Part shown: piece after piece, positions 7,762 through 15,374 of the stretch | Layout of the letters: the number at the start of each line of letters is the position of its first letter | Position numbering within the stretch: position 1 is the first letter of the stretch | NCBI GenBank assembly: GCA_041577295.1 | Contig: JBFGJG010000071.1 | Coordinates: 1-15,723 of the forward strand | Direction of reading: 5' to 3' | DNA from: Gemmatimonadales bacterium | GTDB taxonomy: Bacteria > Gemmatimonadota > Gemmatimonadetes > Gemmatimonadales > GWC2-71-9 | DNA: 15,723 bases | Position numbers and translations under genes: made by a program | The notes under the pieces: model-generated | Databases searched by the model: none | Told to the model about the DNA's origin: nothing | Seen by the model: only the letters and a program-made list of their open reading frames with translations

Positions 7762-9462
7762 TTGAGCACTCTTCGAGGCTGCTTGGTCCTGGCGACGTTG
7801 ATGGCGTCCGCGACACCCGTCGCAGCACAAAGCGGTGGCTCGGGTAGTCCCACATGGGACCGGTATCACAGTAGTGCCGAGGTCCACGCGCTGCTGCGGA
7901 GCTGGGCCGAGCGCTATCCCGCCCTGGTCAATGTGGTGACCATCGGCGAGACGTTGCGTGGCACCCCCCTGCTCGTACTCGAAATCACCAACAAGACAAC
8001 AGGTCCAGCAGCCGAAAAGCCGGGCTACTACTACGATGGCAATGTGCACGCTGAGGAGTTGACGGGAGCAGAAGTGGCGTTGCATTTCGCGTGGCATGTA
8101 TTGAGCCGGTACGGCCGTGACAGCCGCATCACACGTCTCCTCGACACTCGCGTACTCTACGTGCGACCAAAATTCAATCCTGATGGTGCCGATATTGCAC
8201 TCGCGACGCCGCATAACCCGCGCAGCACGCCTCGACCCTACGACGAGGATCGGGACGGTCTGCTGGACGAAGACCCGCCCAACGACCTCGACGGCGACGG
8301 ATCCATCACCCAGATTCGCATCCCGAACCCGGCTGGTCGGTGGAAGCAAGATCCGAGGGACCCTCGGATCATGCAGCCGAGGAACGTGGACGATGTGAGC
8401 GGAGCGTTCTTCGATGTGATCTCCGAAGGGATCGACGACGACGGCGATGGGCAGTACAACGAGGATGGGGTGGGTGGTATCGACATGAACCGAAACTTCC
8501 CACGTAACTGGGGCTTGGAGTTTCAGCAACGCGGTGCGGGACCGTATCCGTTATCGGAGCCCGAGACCCGCGCGACCATCGCGTTCTTGCACGAACACCG
8601 TAACGTCACCGGCGTGTTCCACGGACACACGTCGGGCGGCTTCCTCTACCGTCTACCCTCAACCGCGCCGTGGGACGAGTTCTCGCTCGCCGATCAGGCG
8701 CTCATACTCGACTTAGCGGCACCCTATCACGAGACGACTGGACAACCCGTTGTGCCGAGCTTCAGCAACCCCCGCATTCACCGGCATGGCACGCTCATCA
8801 GCTGGTCGTATTGGGATTACGGCGTCGTGGGATTTGTTCCCGAGTTTTGGGGGGGCTTCGGGCGCGATGACGACAGTGACGGTGAGATCGACGAGCGCGA
8901 GCGGTTACGGTGGAACGACGAGGAGCTGAACGGAACCGGGTTCGCGGACTGGACCCGATTCGAGCATCCCACCTTGGGTGCAGTGGAGATCGGTGGGTGG
9001 CGGGCACGATTTACTCGGCGCAATCCCCCGCCCCACCTGCTGCAACGTGAACTCGAGCTCTATCTGCCGTGGATGCTCTGGCTGGCCGAAATCAGCCCGC
9101 GGATTCGTGTTCAAAGTTCTCGAGTCGAGGCACTCGGCGACAAGCTCGTGCGGGTAATCGTCGTCGTGGAGAACGAGGGGTACTTGCCGACGAACATCAC
9201 GCAACGCGCCCTCGACGCCGAGTTGGCCGTTCCAGTTCGGGCCGAGATCACAGTGCAAAACGGGGAGGTCGTCACGGGCGCACCGCGTGTCGAACTGGGA
9301 CACCTGGCCGGAGCCAGAACGCAAGGCGGCAACCTATCGGCCTCTCGCGGGAGGCTCGATCTCGTTGTCCGCGTTACCGGCCCCAGGCCACGCGCGTCCA
9401 TCGTCATCCGATCCGAGAAAGGCGGTACCGTCCGAACCGAGCTCGCCCTCGATCAGACGTGA
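7762..9462 (+). CDS. Exported M14 zinc carboxypeptidase with Dx[DN]xDG acidic repeats and a C-terminal beta-sandwich-like domain, ~566 aa
   Basis: Probable TTG start at 7762 behind GAGGT gives a signal peptide (MSTLRGCLVLATLMASATPVAA-Q). Motifs HAEE, NPDG, DMNRNF, YPLSEPET, HGH, VPEFW. Confidence 0.9.
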   Translation: MSTLRGCLVLATLMASATPVAAQSGGSGSPTWDRYHSSAEVHALLRSWAERYPALVNVVTIGETLRGTPLLVLEITNKTTGPAAEKPGYYYDGNVHAEELTGAEVALHFAWHVLSRYGRDSRITRLLDTRVLYVRPKFNPDGADIALATPHNPRSTPRPYDEDRDGLLDEDPPNDLDGDGSITQIRIPNPAGRWKQDPRDPRIMQPRNVDDVSGAFFDVISEGIDDDGDGQYNEDGVGGIDMNRNFPRNWGLEFQQRGAGPYPLSEPETRATIAFLHEHRNVTGVFHGHTSGGFLYRLPSTAPWDEFSLADQALILDLAAPYHETTGQPVVPSFSNPRIHRHGTLISWSYWDYGVVGFVPEFWGGFGRDDDSDGEIDERERLRWNDEELNGTGFADWTRFEHPTLGAVEIGGWRARFTRRNPPPHLLQRELELYLPWMLWLAEISPRIRVQSSRVEALGDKLVRVIVVVENEGYLPTNITQRALDAELAVPVRAEITVQNGEVVTGAPRVELGHLAGARTQGGNLSASRGRLDLVVRVTGPRPRASIVIRSEKGGTVRTELALDQT

Positions 9463-9563
9463 AGTTTTCTCGGCGTCGCGTCCGCGCGACACACCGCAGA
9501 CTAGCGCGGAGCGGGAGAGGATAGCACATTGATTAGATTCCGTCGCCCACTCGCATACGCAAG

Positions 9564-11018
9564 ATGACGACGAAAGCTTCTCCTCCAATGTGGCCGGCAA
9601 TTCACGTGCACCTCGCCGGCCAGGATGTGCCCGCCAAGTTCACTCAACGCTTCCGAATCGGCCGCGCGCCGGACAACGACATCGTGGTCGATGATGCGTC
9701 CGTCAGCACCTATCACCTCGAGGTGTGGTTCGAGAACGGGCAGTGGTGGGTCCGCGATCTGGAAAGCACCAACGGATTGGTGGTCGGTGGACGGCAGGTG
9801 GAGCGTTCACCCGTCAAGTCGTCGCTACGCATTCGCATGGGGTACGATGGACCCTCGTTCACGCTCTCGCTAGAGGGCGCCGATCACCACACGCGGCAGA
9901 CGTTGAATGAGCAGCCCCGCGAGAGTGCCCTGGTTGAGCGCTACTTGGGAGACACCGATCCGGATGACATGAGCCGTCGGACGCGTTTGGTCCGGCGCGC
10001 GCTACGCAAGGAACAGGAACGCCGCTCGCAGAAGTACGTCTTCTTCCTGCTCTTCCTGTTTCTCGCGGCCATTGGCGCCGGCGCATACGCATTCATTTCA
10101 CGCCAAGCGCTCGAACGGCAACGCGCTGCAGCGACTGACCTGTTTTACGCTATGAAGGCGCTCGAGTTGGACATCGCGCGACTGCAGCTCAGCGCCGACG
10201 AGCAACGAACTTATCGAGACCGCCGGGCGGACCTCCAGAAGAGGTATCAAGACTTCGTGGAGGAACTGGGCATCTACGGGCCGGGCACCTCGGAGACCGA
10301 CCGCCTCATCTACCAGGTCGTTCACAAGTTTGGCGAGTCCGAGGTCAATGTCCCCAAGGACTTCGTACGTGAGATCCGCCGGTATATCGAGCGGTGGCAA
10401 CGCACGGCGCGGCAGCTCAGCGAAGCCATTGGTCGTGCGAGCGAGCACGGCTATGGACCGCGCATTGCAACCATCATGCTCGACCATGGGTTGCCACCCG
10501 AGTTCTTCTACCTGGCCTTACAAGAGAGCAACTTCAAGATCGACGCGGTTGGCCCGAGAACACGCTTTGGCATCGCAAAGGGTATGTGGCAGTTGATTCC
10601 GGGAACCGCGAGGGAATACGGTCTGCAACCCGGTCCGCTCGTGGGAGTGCGGCAGTACGATCCCCGAGATGAGCGGCACGACTTCGACAAGGCAACGCGT
10701 GCCGCCGCCGAATACCTACGAGATATTTACACGACGGATGCCCAGGCGTCCGGTTTGCTGGTCGTCGCATCATACAATTGGGGACAGACGAGACTCATTC
10801 GCTTGCTCCGAACGATGCCCGCGACACCTGAAGAACGAAACTTCTGGAACCTGCTCACCCGTTACCGTGATCGCATTCCGACGGAGACATACGACTACGT
10901 CTTCAAGATCGTCGCCGCGACGGTCATCGGAGAGAATCCCGAGCTGTTTGGATTCGAGTTCGAGCCGCCGCTCACCGCGATTGTAGAAACCGCGGAGACC
11001 GGAGTCCTCGGTCCCTAA
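9564..11018 (+). CDS. FHA domain - transmembrane helix - coiled coil - SLT/MltD-like lytic transglycosylase fusion, 484 aa
   Basis: FHA signature G33-R34, S48xxH51, DLESTN70G. Single hydrophobic helix YVFFLLFLFLAAIGAGAYAFI. Family-1 lytic transglycosylase motifs ALQE321S, AKGMWQL, DERHD, ASYNWG, ETYDYV. The start could instead be ATG 9588. Confidence 0.9.
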   Translation: MTTKASPPMWPAIHVHLAGQDVPAKFTQRFRIGRAPDNDIVVDDASVSTYHLEVWFENGQWWVRDLESTNGLVVGGRQVERSPVKSSLRIRMGYDGPSFTLSLEGADHHTRQTLNEQPRESALVERYLGDTDPDDMSRRTRLVRRALRKEQERRSQKYVFFLLFLFLAAIGAGAYAFISRQALERQRAAATDLFYAMKALELDIARLQLSADEQRTYRDRRADLQKRYQDFVEELGIYGPGTSETDRLIYQVVHKFGESEVNVPKDFVREIRRYIERWQRTARQLSEAIGRASEHGYGPRIATIMLDHGLPPEFFYLALQESNFKIDAVGPRTRFGIAKGMWQLIPGTAREYGLQPGPLVGVRQYDPRDERHDFDKATRAAAEYLRDIYTTDAQASGLLVVASYNWGQTRLIRLLRTMPATPEERNFWNLLTRYRDRIPTETYDYVFKIVAATVIGENPELFGFEFEPPLTAIVETAETGVLGP

Positions 11019-11130
11019 GCCTTTCAGGCTGCAACGCCGTCAGACACCAATCTCGCGAGACGTGGTAACGCGTGGTACCATGTCCCGTCACCGACCTTTG
11101 GCCTCCACCCCGAGGAAGAGAGAACAGAGG

Positions 11131-12558
11131 ATGAGATTGTGGACCCGTGGATCGGTGCTGGTGCTCGGTCTTGCCACGACACCTGTGACGCTGGAAGCGC
11201 AGACCGGCCAGCTCACGACATGGCAGCAGTTGGGCAGGGAGATCTTCGAACAACTCATCGAAATCAACACCACCGACGCCACCGGCTCCAATACCGTCGC
11301 AGCTGAGGCGATGGCGGCGCGGCTCCGCGATGCGGGCTTCCCGCCAGATGACATCTTCGTCGGAGGCCCGCATCCCACCAAGGGCAATATCGTAGTCAGA
11401 TACCGTGGGTCGGGCGAACGGGAGCCGCTGCTCCTCCTCGCGCATCTCGACGTTGTAGAAGCCCTTCCCGCGGATTGGTCGTTCGACCCGTTCACGTTTC
11501 AAGAGCTCAATGGCTACTTCTACGGTCGCGGCACTACGGACGACAAAGATATGGCGGCCATCTGGATCACAAACCTTCTTCGCTACAAGCACGAAAGCTT
11601 CCGACCAAATCGGGATCTCATCGTGGCGCTGACCGCGGATGAGGAAGGCGGCTCGCACAACGGTGTGGCCTGGCTGATCGCCACGCATCGCGGTCTGATC
11701 GACGCGGAATACGCGATCAACGAAGGGGGGAGTGGCCTGCTCAAGAATGGTCGGCCGCTGCTGAACGAGATCCAGACCAGCGAAAAGGTGTACCTGAGCT
11801 TCGCCCTCACCGCGAGGAATTCCGGCGGACACAGCTCCCGCCCCCGCAAGGACAATGCAATCAACCGGCTTGCGTCAGCACTCATGCGGCTCGCGCAGTA
11901 CCAGTTTCCCGTGCAGTTGAATGAGACCACGAGGGCGTTTTTCGAGCGAATGGCAACGATCGAGGGAGGCGAAGCGGGACAGGCGATGCGCGGTGTGACC
12001 GCCATCCCACCGACCCCTGAGGCGGTGGCATACTTGAGTGACTCTCCGTATTACAACGCGCTCATGCGAACCACGTGCATCGCCACCATGCTCCAGGCCG
12101 GCCACGCCGAAAACGCCCTTCCACAGACCGCGAGGGCGGTTGTCAATTGCCGTATACTCCCGGAGCACGACCCTGCGGCCGTCCATCAGACACTCGCCCG
12201 CGTCATCGCCGACACGGGAATCGTCGTGACACCAATGGGGACCGCGACACCTAGTCCATCGTCGCCTCTGACCCCAGAGATTATGCGGGCCGCGGAACGG
12301 GTGACCAATCAGATATGGCCCGGTACGCCGGTCGTTCCCGTGATGCTCACCGGGGCCACCGACGGATTGTATTTGAGAAACGCCGGGATCCCCACGTACG
12401 GTATCAGCGGGCTGTTTCACGAAGTTGACGATGTTCGCGCGCACGGCAAAGACGAACGTATAGGCGTCCAAGCGTTCTATGATGAGCTCGAGTTCCTGTA
12501 CCGGCTCGTGAAAGACCTCTCCAATAACGCGCCCGGTACCGACGACGATGACCGTTGA
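11131..12558 (+). CDS. Exported M20/M25/M40 family dinuclear metallopeptidase / aminoacylase (copy 2), 475 aa
   Basis: Signal peptide MRLWTRGSVLVLGLATTPVTLEA-Q after a purine-rich leader. Motifs HLDVV, GRGTTDDK, ADEE, NEGG, GHSS, GATD, HGKDER. Confidence 0.92.
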   Translation: MRLWTRGSVLVLGLATTPVTLEAQTGQLTTWQQLGREIFEQLIEINTTDATGSNTVAAEAMAARLRDAGFPPDDIFVGGPHPTKGNIVVRYRGSGEREPLLLLAHLDVVEALPADWSFDPFTFQELNGYFYGRGTTDDKDMAAIWITNLLRYKHESFRPNRDLIVALTADEEGGSHNGVAWLIATHRGLIDAEYAINEGGSGLLKNGRPLLNEIQTSEKVYLSFALTARNSGGHSSRPRKDNAINRLASALMRLAQYQFPVQLNETTRAFFERMATIEGGEAGQAMRGVTAIPPTPEAVAYLSDSPYYNALMRTTCIATMLQAGHAENALPQTARAVVNCRILPEHDPAAVHQTLARVIADTGIVVTPMGTATPSPSSPLTPEIMRAAERVTNQIWPGTPVVPVMLTGATDGLYLRNAGIPTYGISGLFHEVDDVRAHGKDERIGVQAFYDELEFLYRLVKDLSNNAPGTDDDDR

Positions 12559-15343
12559 GTTGACCATGATACCTGCAACCCTGATTCTCTCGATCGCCCT
12601 GCAGCTTGGTGAAGCGCCGGGGCAGAGCGTCCGCGATCCGGCGATTGCCTCGGACGGACGCATCGCGGTGAGTGTGCTGGGCGATCTGTGGGTACGCTCG
12701 GCTCCGCCTGATACCTCGACGTGGCTGGCGGTGACCGATGGACCGGCGTGGGACCGGCACCCGGCCTGGACGCTCGACGGAACAGCGCTCGTGTTCACGT
12801 CCGACCGCAGTGGCTCTTCCGATATCTGGCGCGTCAGTGTCGGGCCGCGCGGCGCCATCGGCGCGCCGGAGCAACTCACCACATCTGCAGAGCGAGAGGC
12901 CCGGCCGACGGCCGCGTCCGCGGGGATCGTGTTTGAACGTGGCTACGGACCTACTACACGTTTGTGGATCCGAAGTGAACGCGGCGAGGAACGACGCCTC
13001 ACCGGGGGTTCAGGCACTGAGCGCGAGCCAGCCGCTTCATCGGATGGGGAGCGCATCGCGTTCGTGCAGACAGGACCCGAGCGCCAAAGTCTTCGTATCC
13101 ACTGGATGGTCCACGATTCGACTTCGACCGTGCTCTCCAACCGGCCGGTCGAGCTTCCATCGTGGGCACCTGACGGTGAGCGGCTGACGTTCACTTCCCG
13201 ACGCGGCGAGCTGGGCGTGTGGGTGACGCCAACCGATGGATCCTACGTCAACCTCCTCAGCAAACGACCGGCGCAGTCCGTCTGGTCACCGGATGGGCGG
13301 ACCGTGCTGCTCGCCGAGCTGCCTGGGCCGGACCCCACCTACAACGGTGATCCAGACCGGCTGGGTGAGCGGGATGTCGATGACCTGTTCCCCTCGCCCA
13401 TGGTGGTGTGGTGGGTGGACGCCCCAGCCACGCTGGACCAAGGACCGGGTAACATCTCCGTGAACGTGGTCGTCGATCGCGCAAGCAAGAACAGCGAGAC
13501 CTTCGAAAAGATCTGGTCGCGGGTGAACGATCTATACTACGCGGCAAGTGATGCCTCGCAGCGACGCCGTCGGTGGGAAGAGTTGCGTACGAAGTATCAT
13601 CCCCTCGCCCGTGAGGCGCGTTCCGAAGAAGAGTTGGCAACGGTTATGCATCGCCTGCTCGCCGACCGGCCGCCACTGCGCGCGCCGGCGTCTGGCCGCG
13701 CCGCAGTGTCCAGCGCCCACCCCGTCGCGACCGAAGCGGGGCTCGAGATCCTGCGCGCAGGTGGCAACGTCGTAGACGCAGCGGTTGCAGTGTCGTTTGC
13801 GTTGGGTGTGGTGGAACCCGATGCGAGCGGCATCGGCGGGTACGGCGAAATGCTGATCTATCGACCGGGCATGACCGAACCAGCCCTCATTGAATTCATG
13901 ACCAAGGCCCCCGAAGAGGCCAGTCTGCTCAACGCGGCGCTGCTCGAGAACGGCGAATACCCAGACGACGGGCCGGTACTCGCCAACGTGCCAGGGGCGA
14001 TCGCGGGAATGCACCTGGCATTCGAGAAGTTTGGAAGTGGGAAGCTACAGTGGGCGGATCTGATCGAACCCGCGATTCACGCAGCCGAAAACGGTTTCGC
14101 TGTGAGTGATGGCTTTGCCACCACACTCGCGCGGGAGCGAGAGCGCTACCTCAAGTACGCGGGGCCCACCGCCCTGTTTTTCAAGAACGGTGAGCCGCTC
14201 CAGGCCGGAGACACGCTGCGCAACCAGGATCTTGCCTGGGCGCTGCGCCAGATCGCAGAGCAGGGACCACGAGCGTTCTACGGTGGCGAGGTGGGTAGGC
14301 GCATGGTGGAAGACTTGCGAGGAAAGGGTAACGCCATGCGCATGCGCGACCTGGAGCGCTACTTCGCAATCGAACGTGCGCCCACGATCACGACATACCG
14401 GGGGCACACCGTTTACTCGAGTGCTCCACCGGCCAACGGAGGCCTGACGCTCTCCGCCATGCTCAACCACTTCGAGCAAGTGCCGAATCCAAGACCGTAC
14501 ACCGAAGATGCGCCGACGCTGCACGCGATGATCGAAGCGTGGAAGCTCACCCCTTCCGGCTTTCAGCGAATCGCCGATCCCGGTCTGTGGCCCGTAGAAA
14601 CTCAGACCTTCGTGAGCAAGGACTCCGCACGGGTCCGATGGCGTTGCTTCGATGCGAATCGTGCACTCACGCCCGGCGATGTCAGGGGAGACTCGCTCCC
14701 GTGCCTCGATCGAGCATCAGCGACGACAGAGGATGGTAGTCGCACGGGCACCACGTCGTTTGCCGTCGCCGACGCTCGGGGGAACGTAGTTGCAGTGACG
14801 CAGACACTGGGGACGTGGGGTGGAAACTTCTACGTGACTCCGGGACTCGGGTTCATCTACAACGACAAGCTCACGTCCTATGCGTCGGATCCGGATCGGT
14901 TTGGTGCTCGACTCGCACACGCCCGCCATTCGACCAGCATCACACCCACGATCGTCTTCCGTGGGACGGACCGTCGCATGCGGCCTGTGCTCGCCACTGG
15001 CGCTGCGGGCAATCGGTGGATCACGTCGGCAGTCTATTCGATCGTGACTGGCGTGGTCGATCAGCGACTACCGCCACAGCACGCAATCGAGCTTCCGCGC
15101 TTCCTGCTGACCCAGCGTGGGAACAACAACGGACCGAATGGACGCGAATTCGTGGTTCAGATCGAAGGTGGATTGGCACCGGGGGTGAAGGAGCGGCTCG
15201 AGCACCTGGGCCACACGGTACAGGTCATCTCCCTGAAGGGCGAGCTTCGCATGGGTTACGCCGCAGCGATCGCGCTCGAGGACGGTGTGGTCACCGCGGG
15301 CGCCGATCCACGGCGTGCCGGCGCCGCGGGGGCGATCCCATGA
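12548..15343 (+). CDS. TolB/PD40 beta-propeller + tricorn-C1-like domain + gamma-glutamyltranspeptidase-family (Ntn) hydrolase, ~931 aa
   Basis: Six PD40-like blades (e.g. PAWTLDG, PSWAPDG, VWSPDG). Helical segment FEKIWSRVNDLYY...WEELRTKY...EELATVMHRLL. GGT motifs ATEAGLEILRAGGNVVDAAVA...EPDASGIGG, autocleavage site G/T735TSFAVADARGN, C-terminal ADPRR. The start may be ATG 12566. Confidence 0.88.
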   Translation: MTVELTMIPATLILSIALQLGEAPGQSVRDPAIASDGRIAVSVLGDLWVRSAPPDTSTWLAVTDGPAWDRHPAWTLDGTALVFTSDRSGSSDIWRVSVGPRGAIGAPEQLTTSAEREARPTAASAGIVFERGYGPTTRLWIRSERGEERRLTGGSGTEREPAASSDGERIAFVQTGPERQSLRIHWMVHDSTSTVLSNRPVELPSWAPDGERLTFTSRRGELGVWVTPTDGSYVNLLSKRPAQSVWSPDGRTVLLAELPGPDPTYNGDPDRLGERDVDDLFPSPMVVWWVDAPATLDQGPGNISVNVVVDRASKNSETFEKIWSRVNDLYYAASDASQRRRRWEELRTKYHPLAREARSEEELATVMHRLLADRPPLRAPASGRAAVSSAHPVATEAGLEILRAGGNVVDAAVAVSFALGVVEPDASGIGGYGEMLIYRPGMTEPALIEFMTKAPEEASLLNAALLENGEYPDDGPVLANVPGAIAGMHLAFEKFGSGKLQWADLIEPAIHAAENGFAVSDGFATTLARERERYLKYAGPTALFFKNGEPLQAGDTLRNQDLAWALRQIAEQGPRAFYGGEVGRRMVEDLRGKGNAMRMRDLERYFAIERAPTITTYRGHTVYSSAPPANGGLTLSAMLNHFEQVPNPRPYTEDAPTLHAMIEAWKLTPSGFQRIADPGLWPVETQTFVSKDSARVRWRCFDANRALTPGDVRGDSLPCLDRASATTEDGSRTGTTSFAVADARGNVVAVTQTLGTWGGNFYVTPGLGFIYNDKLTSYASDPDRFGARLAHARHSTSITPTIVFRGTDRRMRPVLATGAAGNRWITSAVYSIVTGVVDQRLPPQHAIELPRFLLTQRGNNNGPNGREFVVQIEGGLAPGVKERLEHLGHTVQVISLKGELRMGYAAAIALEDGVVTAGADPRRAGAAGAIP

Positions 15344-15374
15344 GCCAAACTGCCCGTCAATTGGTGGATGGCTG

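Noticed and set aside
9564..9880. FHA gene as a type VI secretion component (TagH/Fha)
   Set aside because: There are no tss/vgrG/hcp/ppkA genes in the window, and the C-terminus is a lytic transglycosylase rather than a TagH domain.
12630..13320. tolB of a Tol-Pal system
   Set aside because: There is no TolB N-terminal domain, no tolQRA/pal neighbours, and the propeller is fused to other domains.
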